Origin: Asterias rubens | Lineage: Eukaryota | Direction: 5' to 3' | DNA: 64,000 bases | Assembly: GCF_902459465.1 (NCBI RefSeq) | Contig: NC_047070.1 | Coordinates: 15,376,001-15,440,000 of the forward strand | In this document: positions 9,258 to 21,420 of the stretch, piece by piece | How positions within the stretch are numbered: the first letter of the stretch is position 1 | How the letters are laid out: each line of letters opens with the position of its first letter | Notes under the pieces: model-generated | Database searches by the model: none | Told to the model about the DNA's origin: nothing | Seen by the model: the letters and a program-made list of their open reading frames with translations, nothing else | Made by a program: the position numbers and the translations under genes

Positions 9258-10094
9258 CTAGTGTAGAATATGGAAATGACAACTTTTAAAGTACAAAGAT
9301 TAACAGGTTTAAGAAAAGGAGTTACAGCATGTATATCTAAGGCTCAATATTTATTTGGACTGTAGATCTAAGGCCAGTGATTATAGACCATGTGAACTTT
9401 GTTTACAATAAGTGTGACCTTGTACATTCTTTGAGTATTCTGGCAGGCAAGATACTACACTGGTCCTATGGGACTGTTGACATTTCCACATAAATCCAAG
9501 AATTATGAAAGTAAAAGCTGGACAAAGTTTTGAGATGTGCCCCCTTTCATCATATCAAAAGTTGTTAAGAATTAGACAGTGCAATCTCCATAAAATATAA
9601 GGTTTTACGTTTTCTTCCATTAGGCTGTGTACAAACCATGCCTGCAGGAAGTCCAGGCTACGTGGCTCTTTTGTAAACATGTGATGTCACAGGGCACATC
9701 GTCTATAGCGTCATGCCAGTTAACTCATGACTGGAAAAATTCAAGCACACTGGTGTTTCTAATTTAAGCAGAGTGTGGGTTCGAGTCCCAGTCTTGACAC
9801 TTGTGTGCATGAGCTAAACCATTATATAGCTTTATCCTTCAGATGGGACGTAAAGCTGTTGGTCCTGTGTTGTGTTAAGCACATAAAAGAACCCAGCACG
9901 CTTAACATTAGGAGAAGGGGTTCGCCCAAGTGTTTCTGGCATGGTTGGCAATTCCATGCACACAACAGACCCGTCCCGTGTCACCCCTCTTAAAAGACAA
10001 GAAACCTTTTCCTGACTCTCTAAGAATTCAATTTAAGGATGAACAAAGAACAATTTACTGGAGAAAGATTTGAACCTTTTGTTTATTATATGCA

Positions 10095-10434
10095 CTAAAC
10101 ACCTTCGGTAATTGTCAAAGACCAGAAATATCACTTGGTGTATCCCTTGTACATGTACTTGCACAAAATACTAAATCTGTGAAAATTTGGACTTGATTGG
10201 TCATCAAAGTTGAAAGGGAAAAAATAAAAGAAAAAACACCCTTGTTGCACAAATTAGTGAGCTTTCAGATGCCTAAAAAGGCTTCAGGCCTGAAGTCTCT
10301 TAGTAATCAAGTGAAAGTTACCATTTTCTCATTAACTCTGTTACTTCAGAGGGAGCTGTTTCTCACAATGTTTTATACTATCCACCATCCCCATTGCTTA
10401 TATTTTGAGTAATTACCAATAGTGTCCACTGCCT
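10095..10434. mobile_element. Kolobok-type MITE family 1, degenerate
   Basis: GGTAATTGTCAAAGACCAG start and ATTACCAATAGTGTCCACTGCC end. Confidence 0.75.
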
Positions 10435-10458
10435 TAAAAGTAGAGAAGATATTGTTAC

Positions 10459-10689
10459 CTTATCATGTTGTGCGTAGTAATCTAGAAGTGACGGAAGCAA
10501 CGGTAGAATCATAGTAAATGCAAGAAGATCAACAAGAAGACTCAAGAAAACAATCGATATCATCTTATGATTATCACCGGACTCGCGTCTCTGCGGTGCA
10601 TCCAGCTTCTGCGGAGTAAACTTGAAGCTGACGTCATTGCTTTGATGGTTGCTGTTTGAGTTGTGCTGATGGGAACCGTTCTCTGACAT
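10459..10689 (-). CDS. MFSD10: MFSD10 coding exon 1 (MSENGSH...MISIVFLSLLVDLLAFTMILPLLPSLLDYYAQHDK)
   Basis: ATG at 10689-10687. The TM1 motif VFLSLLVDLLAFTMILPLLPSLLDYY matches the MFSD10/TETRAN N-terminus. Donor AAG|GTAACA; 231 nt, phase 0. Confidence 0.93.
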
Positions 10690-12126
10690 GATTGCACATC
10701 AACCGCACGTTTCAGGGAGTACTTGATAGTAGCTGATGCTAGAATGAGGTGATCAAAAATGTATGTTGGATAAAAGAAAATGTTGCCAGCCGTCGATTTC
10801 ACCAAACTCTTCCTAACTTAAGATTAATCTTAGGACTTAGGACGAGTCCCAACCCTGCACTGTAGCATGCAGACCTTAAGATTAACCCTAAGTTAGGACG
10901 AGTCGAGATTGGATTAATTCTAGTGTTTTGCTCAAGATTGGATTAATCCTAGTGTTTTGTGAAATCGACTGCAGAACATTATAAAAGAATATTATTACAC
11001 ATCCAACAGCACAAGCAAAAATAACAGGATGGTGGTGAATAGGGATAGGGAACTAGAAGAAAAAAAACATTACACCTAAATATTCCCATAACAGTGTAAG
11101 AAGGCAAGAATAGAATAAGTCTCTAGTAATAATACAGCTGGAAAAAAAGCAAATTTGACAGAAAACATTTTAAACACAAAACAGTTTCCAGAGAGAGTCA
11201 GACCCATTCATAAAATAACGAGACTAAATATGGCAGACCCAAATGACCAGACTGAAACTACAACCAAGTTTTGAACCATATGCGCAGTCATTCCATGCAA
11301 GCAATTTACTTTCATGGTCGAGTACTTATATTTATAACACTTGACTGTCCTTGCTCTATGCTTGAATAAACAGAACTCACGATTGGTTGCTATACATATA
11401 CTGTTAGTGTTAATAATCCTCATAGTATCAGATGGTTGTATCAATTAAGGAAATAAATTGCAGAGTGAAAGATGATGGTACAACACGTAGACAATGATAT
11501 GAATATAATTTAATTACTGATTTGATGACGTTGATTGATTGGGTTTTAAATAAATCATCATCTCATCATTTTTTTAGGCAAGAGCAAAAGCACTGTGCAG
11601 TGAGTTTTAAAATAGACGGACGAAAGAAAGGTTCAACTTTTAATGTGCAATAATCAAGCCAATATAAAACACTCTGTTTGGGCCCGAAATTGACAGGGCA
11701 GCCCTCCCCCAGCCGCGCCCCCTCATATTTAGCCCCCTCATCTCTGATCTGATGCAATTTTCCCCTGAACATCATAATTCAAATTGCCACGGTCGTAGGT
11801 ATTTTAATTGGGGATTTTTGTTTTAATAATCAATTCAAAAAGGGAATCCTTCAAAAAGAAATCAGGAACGTTTTTGAGGATATTAATTTTTTGAGGATGC
11901 CAATTTGGGATACGGATGAGGAAGTTGCGTGTGATATTATGTTGAGTTGAGCAACAACATACGGGGAGGACGGACAGAACCACAGCCGGTCAGTTTTTTA
12001 TAAACAACCCACCCTCCTCCCCTCGATCATCCCGAACTCGTCTTTTTTGAAACAAAAAACTCGAAATATTGACGAACAGATGAACTAGTTTATCTTAAAA
12101 AAAGGGTAGACAAGTGTACGACTTAC

Positions 12127-12300
12127 ATTTCCAAGCTGAATAGGCGTAGATCGAGAACAACAAAAACGGAATTGACCAACTTTTGTACAATGTTATTTCC
12201 GCAAGCGTGACTTTAGCGCTAACTAATACGAATTGAACCCAGACTCGGTAAGCGAATTGTAATCCAACCAAAGTTACTACGGCCTGGGTATCAGGTTGCT
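12127..12300 (-). promoter_or_regulatory. Probable non-coding first exon and proximal promoter of MFSD10
   Basis: Perfect donor AAAT|GTAAGT (plus-strand ACTTAC, 12121-12126) in a CpG-richer unique stretch. A matching acceptor (pyrimidine tract + TTCTAG, 10739-10740) lies 49 nt before the ATG. The 5' boundary is a guess. Confidence 0.45.
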
Positions 12301-12421
12301 TTTTTGGTTACATAAATACCGCCCTCTGTTGAAATAATATTGTAACTTTAATGTTGAGACTAATTATTTTTATTATCCCCGATAATTATTAAAACATGAA
12401 TATGCACCTACTTCAACAGGC

Positions 12422-12575
12422 ATAGACCTTTTCGCAAATACCATTGCGCAAGCGCAGACTGTTGAATGAGGTGCATTGTGGGATAGATATGGATCAAATT
12501 TGGATACCAGCTAGACCACAATGCACCTAATTACAAGCTTTACGCGCGCGCCCCAGTATTTGCGAAAAGGTCTAT
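12422..12575. mobile_element. TA-flanked MITE with ATAGACCTTTTCGCAAATA TIRs
   Basis: ATAGACCTTTTCGCAAATA at 12422 and TATTTGCGAAAAGGTCTAT ending at 12575. Confidence 0.8.
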
Positions 12576-13884
12576 TATTATTCAACCGATCATGCATCTG
12601 TCATTGCGCCCTCTACAGTGGAAATAATTTGTTTTGCATTATACACATTGAACGTTTACAATAAAGTAGTCATTTATAGAAACTAATAATAGACACAATG
12701 TTAGTCTTGAAGTCAAGACGGCAGTTTTTAGATACTAAAACTTTACTTTATACAATTAAGTTAAGCGCCCACCCCCTCCCCCTATATTGGGGGCAAGATG
12801 GGACGCATGTATTGTATAAATAACGGGTCAAACGTTTTTTTTTTTTTTTTTTTTAATTACCATGTCCGATCTCCCCGTGGTGTATCCTACTCAGTGTTTT
12901 GCAGCATCAAAAACTGAGATAAGAAATTAGCAATACTGTCACTTTGACGTAAAGATAAACCATGAACATGTCAAAGAGAACTTGACAGCTCTACAAGTCA
13001 ACATCTTTACACAATAATATTTTTGTCAGGAAATGCGGTTATGGTCATAAACTTTGGTTTTCCAGACTGGGGTATTGATAACTTCCACTGCAATGGTCCT
13101 GTGGATTTCACAAAGAGTTAATGTATTAGTGTATCTCAAGTTAGGACGAGTTACTCATTCTAACTTAGGACTAGTCCTAAGTTTTTTTTTTACATTTCCT
13201 AGGACACAGTCCTAAGTTAGGACTTATTCTAACTCTTTGTGAAATCGACCCCGATCATGTTAAATTACACTAATTTGATAGTTCGTGGAATTTCACAGGT
13301 CATTGTACACATCTGAATTTTATGTTTTGAGTTTTATTTAATTCATTTACTTATGATTTTATTTTTGGCTGTGGTTTATTTAGCTTGCTCACTGGAGAGG
13401 GTCAAGGAGGGGTACCCTGACCTTGAAGGTGAACTCCGATACAGGAAACACACGAGTAGGACCATATGATGAAGGGCACAGACTATCATCTGGTAATTGT
13501 CAATGTACAGTGTATAAGACGGCAATTTTTAATTTTGTGAAACTTTCCATGCAAACGAGGAGAGAAAATAGGCTAAGCCAGTTTTGAAGAAAAAAATTGT
13601 GAGTTCTGGAATGATGTCCAGATCACTGACCTCTGACAGCTTGGCATGTACACGGAAATAAGCTGACATAAGGCTTAGTAAGTGACATGGAGGCTCCTTA
13701 GAAGTGCCTTCTTCTATGATTCGTTATCTTGCCTGTCTACCACACAAGCAATCTTACTGCAGTTCTTTCTTGACAACAAATATACAGTCATTTTGCTGAA
13801 TCATAGTTTTTCATCTTCATCTTTGGTAATTCTTGTCAAAACCTGTTCAGCAATTGGACAAGGTGAGAAGACAATGAAGATATT

Positions 13885-14045
13885 TCAGTTTTAGAGGTGG
13901 GAGGAAAACCCCAAATAATCATGCCAGGGAAACCCACGCAGTCGGGTAGTGACTGAAAACCCAATCCACATATTATTGCTCCTGATGGGATTCGAACCGG
14001 GGTCCTAGAGGTAGAAGGCAAGCGGGACACCTCCACGCCAAACCT
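13885..14045 (-). mobile_element. tRNA-derived SINE fragment
   Basis: GGTTCGAATCCC B-box, then a GGGTTTCCC...GGTTTTCCTCCCAC central domain. Confidence 0.65.
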
Positions 14046-14175
14046 TTCTGTAAATAGTATGATTTAGATCGTATTCACTATGCCTAAGATAAATAACAGT
14101 TAAATGGTGACATTCTAAATCTAAATTCATGATAGAAGACTTTCGTTACGAGATACATGGGCGCCAAATAATTAA

Positions 14176-14352
14176 AGGGACACGTTGCCTGGGATATGGC
14201 AAGTTGGTCTATGAAAAGCATTTGCCCGTTTATGAATGTATACGCATATTTTGTGGATATCATTATATTCTAATTTTAAAACATTATTTCTAACCGTATG
14301 TATTTTATCACAAACGGTTACAAACACTTTTTATAGACCAACTCGCCCGATC
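14176..14352. mobile_element. Kolobok-type MITE family 4 (AGGGACACGTTGCC), internally deleted
   Basis: TTAA-AGGGACACGTTGCC start and GACCAACTCGCCCGATCC end piece, shared with 19787-20177 and 32542-32888. Confidence 0.7.
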
Positions 14353-14437
14353 CACTGCAACTTATTTATGTACTATCCGGACACAAAATAAGGGGACAAG
14401 AATCCATAACCGCGCAGACCAACTCAGCTGCCGTTAA

Positions 14438-14821
14438 AGACTTTGGACACTATTGGTAATTGTCAAAGACTGGTCTTCACAGTTGGTGTATCTCAACAAT
14501 CGCATGAAATAACAAACCTGTGAAAATTTGAGCTCAATTGGTCATCGAAGTTGCGAGATAAAAGTTTAAAAAAAGACAGTCACCCTTGTCACACGAAGTT
14601 GTGTGCTTTCAGATGCTTGATATATAGACCTCAAATTTTGAATAATGAGGTCTCGAAGTCAAATTACTGGAAAATTACTTTTTTTTCTCGAAAACTACGT
14701 CACTCCAGAGGGAGCCGTTTCTCACAATGTTTTATACTATCAACCTCTCCCATTACTCGTTACTAAGTAAGGTTTTGTGCTGACAATTATTTTGAGCAAT
14801 TATCAATAATGTCCACTGCAT
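14438..14821. mobile_element. Kolobok-type MITE family 1
   Basis: TTAA flank, GGACACTATTGGTAATT TIR and central GAGACCTCA...TGAGGTCTCGAA palindrome. Confidence 0.85.
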
Positions 14822-16751
14822 ATAAGGCTAGAGAGAAGGCCTAGTCGTCCGCAGTAGGAGGAACGTCAGTAACAACAATATTGATATTCTATTTTCTATA
14901 ATGACAAACCAAACTGCAATGCAGTGCTTATAAAACAACTCTTTATCAACAATCAACTAGAAAAACTCGATGACCCAAAACTAGACTTTTTTAAAAAGAG
15001 GACAAAAACCAAGACACTTGAGCCGTCAACATACGACCGTGTTCTCGAGGGTACTATCGGTACGATCTCTCCCCCACCCAGACCCCATCGCTATCTGGCC
15101 ACTGGTGTTTGCGTTGTAGCGCCGCCAGGGCGCTTGGCGAACAGTGGGCCTATGCACGCCTAAAGTACTCATCAATTCAATGCTACGAGTGGCACTTGAG
15201 TTCGGTCTATGGGTTGACTGATTGCAGTCCGGATAGGACATTGTGTGTGAAGTCTCTTTAAGGGGTTACAACACTGCCCAAATTATTGGGCACAAATCTG
15301 ATACATAACGACAAATTATCTTTAAAAAAAGAGTATGGAATAAACATGATATTAAAATTGAATTGAAACCCACAACCAATATTCAGAAGATGCAAAATGA
15401 AACATACTATTCAATTTCAAAATAGCATGACGTAATTTCTTTTCAATAATTTCATTGTTCTCACACAACAGAAAGTTGTCATAATGCTTCACAAGCATCT
15501 TCATTGCAAATAGAGATTTAGGTCATCCATGTTCATAATCCTATACCATCATTGGTCCAAGCACATTTGGGTCCTTACTGACTTCTATAGGCCTAATGTC
15601 AGCATAATACTTCGCCAGAAAAGAGAGAATACAATTTGAACAAGAAAATAACAGTCATTAAGCGTGGTCTTCCCACTACTTCCTACCTTTAAAATGATCT
15701 ACTAATAATGGAACCACTATAGATTTGCATCTCAGGGTTGTACTTTTGTCCGGCTTAAATCTGCCACCGAATGAGCCCCGAGTTTGACTGACACGCAACG
15801 GGTCAACAATGCCTTGTCGACGGTGCAACCTCCTACCGGTGACTTGCGGGGCAACCGCTAACACTACGCCACCCTTATCTTCTTGTCTGCTTGGATCGTT
15901 GACCTATTTAATTTTATTAATAACTTATATTAAATAGGCTATCTGCTTGACGCACGTGCTGTTCTAGATTCCCCCATAGTCCTCTTGAGCTGATTATTTG
16001 TTGTTTTGATGTGTATCAAAGGGTTAATGTTTTGTGGTTTATGTATTGAAGTTATTGCCTTTTGATGAAGTACGGAACTATCACGAGAAGTGCAGTTCTC
16101 GTGGGGTTTCGTACATCTTTTTTTTACGAGTCTCAACTCATCTGCACTAGGTTGGGGAGTCATTAAATCTCACATTGACGTGAAACATGAATAATGTCTC
16201 AATCATCCCCATATCACATTATTCTATCTTTATTAATGGGGGATGGATTATCTCACGGTAGTCACACGGGAGTAAAGCCAGTGTTTGAGCGTAGTTCAGA
16301 CTGGAGAATTAATCCTTGTGATTGAATACTCCCTTGTTATTTTGCTGGTGACATGACATCTGTATCATCAGAGATTTAAAGTCAGGACGTCAATTCTTTT
16401 TTTTTTTTTTTTTTTTTTTGGGGGGGGGGGGGTGACCCAATGTCCATGTTTCGACGCCGTTTGTTGGCCATGATATAGCTTTGCATATAGACCTCTCTAT
16501 AACAACGTCACAGCCCGAGTATTTTGCCAACCGACAGTTGTAAAACTATGGAAAGCCATAAATGCAAAACAAAAACAGATCATTGCTGTTTGTAACAATT
16601 AATTATGCACAAAATAATATTCAAACTTAGTGCTGAGTTTTTGGTAAACATAACAACCTCATTGATATATTATTATTGTTGTTTCAGGCATGTAGGCCTA
16701 TGCTTCATTTTTGAAGGGCCAAGGGCACCAAAGGAATTTCCTCCTGGTTAA

Positions 16752-17131
16752 AGGCAGTGGACACTATTGGTAATTACTCAAAACAATTATTATCGTAAAA
16801 CCTTTCTTGGTTACGAGTAATGGGGAGAGGTTGATGGTATAAAACATTGTGAGAAATGGCTCCCTCTGAAGTGCCATAGTTTTCGAGAAAGAAGTAATTT
16901 TCCACGAATGTGATTTCGAGACCTCAAGTTTAGAACTTGAGGTCTCGAAATCAACCATCTAAAATGCACACAACTTCGTGTGACAAGGGTATTTTTTTCT
17001 TTCATTATTATTTCGCAAGTTCGATGACCGATTGAGCTCAAATTTTCACAGGTTTGCTATTTTATGCATATGTTGAGATACACCAACTGTGAAGACTGGT
17101 CTTTGACAATTACCAATAGTGTCCACTGTCT
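16752..17131. mobile_element. Kolobok-type MITE family 1, full length
   Basis: TTAA at 16748-16751 and 17132-17135; AGGCAGTGGACACTATTGGTAATT / AATTACCAATAGTGTCCACTGTCT TIRs. RR...YY termini with TTAA duplication are Kolobok hallmarks. Confidence 0.9.
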
Positions 17132-17361
17132 TTAAAGGCACACTATGAGGAAATTGAGTGTAAATCTCTACTGGGGGCATTACAAGGCAATGGAAATACC
17201 GTTCCATCCAAAGTAAACAACTCGTCACGAGTATTCGTTACGAACGCCTATAATTTCAATTTTATTTAAGTCAACATCTTCTCAAGATAGTACGTGTAAA
17301 ACACATTACATAGATGAGCAAAATAATAAGCACATGGGATGGAGGTAAATAGTTAATCTAT

Positions 17362-17511
17362 GGGTGCGTTCGTTTAGCTTCCCTGGGTTGACTCCGGTGT
17401 GTGGCGTTTTTTTTTCCAGGACGAACGTGGCTAAGTATCTGCACACGTTTGTCCTGGAAAAAAACACGCCACACACCGGGGTCGACCCAGGGAAGCTAAA
17501 CGAACGCACCC
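17362..17511. mobile_element. 150-bp near-perfect fold-back MITE (GGGTGCGTTCGTTTAGCTTCCC TIRs), TAT on both flanks
   Basis: The whole element is an inverted repeat around a short loop; the 3-bp duplication suggests PIF/Harbinger. Confidence 0.85.
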
Positions 17512-19786
17512 TATGCAAACAAATAAATTTTAAAATACAAGTCCAAGAACAGCACCAAACTGTACACCTCTTCATCACTGTTTCTATCTTGTCAAGGGCT
17601 GTGACACATTCTTACATTAATCCTTCTCAATAAAGAACACGGAAGAGGAAGAAATGATGTAAGAATCAAACACAGCAAGAAGGAAGACGACACACCGTGT
17701 TTTGGACTCCCTCTCTCCGGGACCGGGCGGTGCCGTCTTGACCCGGCCGGGAGTAAAGCGCGATGACGACCCGTTACACTAAGACCCAGTCATGTTATCA
17801 CAGTTTCCTCTTGGTCTTGTAATGAAGTCAGTCACAAGTGACACAGGTCATCTGAAAATGTCTTAATGGAAAAAAGTGTCGGCAAAAATAAATTTGTCAA
17901 TTTCGTTTCAACGGAAAGGAGAACTTTGACTTCCAGATTACAAGTTCATTTATTGGTACGTGTTGTTTGAGATAAGATGCGAATCCCGAAGACCTTTCCA
18001 ACGAAACGTCGTTTATAATAAATTAAGTTTCGGTGAAAGTAGACAAGCATAATTTTTGAGTGTGTGACTGTTTTGGGTAATTTTAACAACAATAACAAAG
18101 TTGACACCTTTCGTAATTGTCAAAGACCAGAGTTGTCACTTGGTGTATCTCAACATGCATAAAATCTGTGAACATTTGGAGGACTCAATTGGTCATCGAA
18201 GTTTCAATGAAGCACCTTTGTTGCAAAAAAAAAATATTTGTGCTTTCAGAATCGTAATAAAAGGATTTTAAAGGGCCTGAAGTCTTTACAAATTAAGTGA
18301 AAAGCCGCCTCTTTCTCAAAAACTACGTTCAAACTTCAGAGGGAGCCATTTCTCACATTACTTTATACTATAAGTACGCTCCATTGCTCGTTACCAAATA
18401 AGTTTGTTTGCTAACAACCTACCACATTCGTATAACGGAAGTAAGAACATTGATTTTCGGAATAACAACTTCTCTGGGCACGACAATATTAGGACTTCAT
18501 AAGAAATGACTTAATTTAGTAAGACGAAACAATCTGTTTCCTTCAAACTAAAAGCCTGTGAGCCAGTGTTAATTAATTTTAAAATATTAAGAAAATTAAT
18601 CTGACGAACAAAGACAAAAGCTACGTCGGACAGGTAGGGCCCAAACATACCGAGCGAACAGTTGAGGTAGCAGCCATTTGTCACAATCAATACCGTCTGT
18701 GAGGCATTCTCGACGACAGCCAGCCCAAGACAAACACGCTCAGTTTCAAGTACTATTTATACTCAGAAAATGTATAGACGGAGCAAATTCATTTGAATGA
18801 TTGCATGTAATTTCGAAGGATATTTTATAGGGAAACAATTACTTGATTCGTTGGTGAGTTACTTATCTGTTCATTGGTCGCCACTTGAAGCCAACTCAGT
18901 ACTGTTAGATACAATGCAATAACAAGCAAAGCAAACTCTTATGCCTGGGGGTCCAAATTAATTGCTTTCCTTACAAGCTAAATGGCTTTCTTTAAATGTC
19001 AATCAAGGGGCAATTTAAAGAGGTAAGTTACACGTATTGATTATCTTGCGTGAGTGTCTTGTCTATTCGTCTTAAAACACTCTCAGCTCGGACACTCTAA
19101 AGTCATTTTACCCTGTTAGTCAAATGGGGTATGCACTTAAAGGAGTAAATATAGCGCAACGACTGTAAATACAAGCTTGTTGGTTTAAGAATAGGGATCC
19201 AGTGGATGTAGTATAGTTGTAGGCTCAATACTTGCATAGAGCATGGAGGAAGAAATATTTATCCTAGGTGTCCATGCATAGAGTAAGGACAGAAAATACT
19301 TGCCAGACATTATCTGCCAAGTGTTTATCGTTACGTACACAATAATAGCCTTAATGGCAACCCGTGGATAACTTAAGTACGGTATGAAACTAATTATTAT
19401 GGATTTAAATTAATATATTTATCTCATCTATCCATATACAGACTTATTAAATGTAAAGGTTTTGGGTACTTTTGGGACGACACAATACACAAACGTCCAC
19501 AGATTGACATTAAACTTACACGGTTTAAAGATATGCTGAATGATAGTAGAAAGCTTCCCTTGTGAAATGAGTATAAACAGTTTCACGAAAATAATTTGTG
19601 TCTCAGTGACGACTTTGTTGTTGATATGAACCAATTACCAAGACTATAAACTTTCACTATTCCCTTGCACCTTCGATGACCGATTGAGTCCAAACTGTCA
19701 CAGATTTGTTATTCTGTGCACATGTTGGGATACACCAAGCGAGGGTACTGGTGTTTGATACTTTATCAAAGGTGTCCAATCCTTAA

Positions 19787-20177
19787 AGGAACACGTTACC
19801 TTGGATCGGTCAAGTTGGTCTTTGAAAAGCGTTTGTAACCGTTTGTTATAAAATGCACATGGGTAGAAAGATGCTGTAAAAGTAGAATACAATGATCCAC
19901 ACAAACATGCCTCGAAATTGCACAGTTTTCCTTTTACCTCGTCGACTAACACGGTCGGCCATTTATGTGAGTCAAATTTTCGACTCCCATAAATGGCCGA
20001 CCGTGTTAGTTCGCACAGTATAAGGAAAACCACGCATTTTCGAGGCAAACTTGTGTGGATCATTGTATTCTACTTTTAAAACATATTTCCAACCATTCAT
20101 ACATGCATTTTATAAAAAAGGGTTACAAACGCCGCTGTTTATAGACCAACTCGTCCGATCCAAGGCAACGTGTTCCT
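19787..20177. mobile_element. Kolobok-type MITE family 4, full length
   Basis: TTAA at 19783-19786 and 20178-20181; AGGAACACGTTACCTTGGATCGG / CCGATCCAAGGCAACGTGTTCCT TIRs. Confidence 0.9.
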
Positions 20178-21026
20178 TTAACACTTGAAGCACCACGGTT
20201 TAGGCTAAATCACTAACCCCAGATCGAAACAATAAAAAAAATCAATATTTAACAAACAATAAAGTTGTCTGAATTAAGGAGCATTATACAAATGAAAAAA
20301 AAAAAAAACTGATTATGCATCGGTTTGTAAATTATGCTTTTATTATTTAAAATAACAAAACAAATGCTGGAACATCTATGATATTATTTAAAAAAAAATA
20401 TATCTTAGGCCTAAGTCAAAACTTGATTATTTGTTACAAGTAGTGAATAAAGTATTTGGTTATAAACAAAAAACACAAGTCACGTTGTTTTTGCGTTAAA
20501 ATCTGTCGGTTGAGATAACAACTGGCACTGATTTGTTGATGCTTATCTTAACTGTTGTGGTTGTTTTAATCTTATTGTTACACATCGACCATCCCTTTCG
20601 TCTTCTTGCCCCATAATACCGGATGCACTCAGTTTGCAAACGCCATTGATTGACAAAAGAAAGGCCCAGCTTCCTTATAGTGGCATATGATGGAGTGTTT
20701 ATAACAACAGCATGCCCACAATATTAGTCTGTATTTGGTTTTGCCATCCAATATTATATTGATCAATATTGAAATATCGTTCCGTCAAATCTCGATGGTT
20801 CGATGGTAGGAGAGAACGACACCTTATAGGTTTGACTACATGGGGGTGCATCCCACTAAATAAGGAGAAACAAGAGTGTCAGGCTCATTCATTTTGTTTT
20901 AATATTTAATTGAGACAGATTTGAGATTCCCCAAAAAGGGTTCAGTATAAAAAATGTGACCTGGGGGTTGTTGGTTTACAACTTTATGTATTTTGGACGA
21001 CATAGGGCCCTACAGAATGTGTTATT

Positions 21027-21420
21027 ATTTTTTAAATTTGTTTTATGCAAGTCGCCCAAAACAAGACTAAAAGCCACTCTAGGTTAAGGGCTACAAGGAA
21101 GAAAACATAGACATGCAGAAACTCAGTGGAGCTGAAGGTAGGAATTGACGTTCCTCTTAAAAGATGGAAGATTATAGGTTGAAGGGAAACATGTACTAGG
21201 CAAGGAGTTCCAAAGACATGCAGTACGAGGGAAAAAGCTACTGGGGTAGCTCTTTGTTCTACATCTCGGCACAGCCACAGGGTGAGAACAAGCAGAAAGC
21301 CTGGTCTCGCGCTGAGGAGAGGTGCGGGACGTTTGGAAGATTACACTGGTGTATGGGTGTTTTGGCTTAGAGGGGGAACAACTCGAATAACTCGACTGGC
21401 ACTAGGACTCCCCATATTAA
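21027..21420 (-). mobile_element. CR1/L2-group LINE 3' end (ORF2 C-terminus, 3' UTR and A-rich tail)
   Basis: Translates to RETRLSACSHPVAVPRCRTKSYPSSFFPRTACLWNSLPSTCFPSTYNLPSFKRNVNSYLQLH*, with the stop at 21125-21123. Confidence 0.88.

Noticed and set aside
14924-15163. 79-aa ORF (KQLFINNQLEKLDDPKLDFFKK...) as a LINE C-terminus or gene exon
   Set aside because: The resemblance to LINE ORF2 tails is only vague, and there are no supporting motifs or splice sites.
16398-16432. T-run directly followed by a G-run (possible G-quadruplex or insertion tail)
   Set aside because: Simple homopolymers, common in this window (also ~38480, 47420, 58146) and prone to assembly error. No TSD was found.
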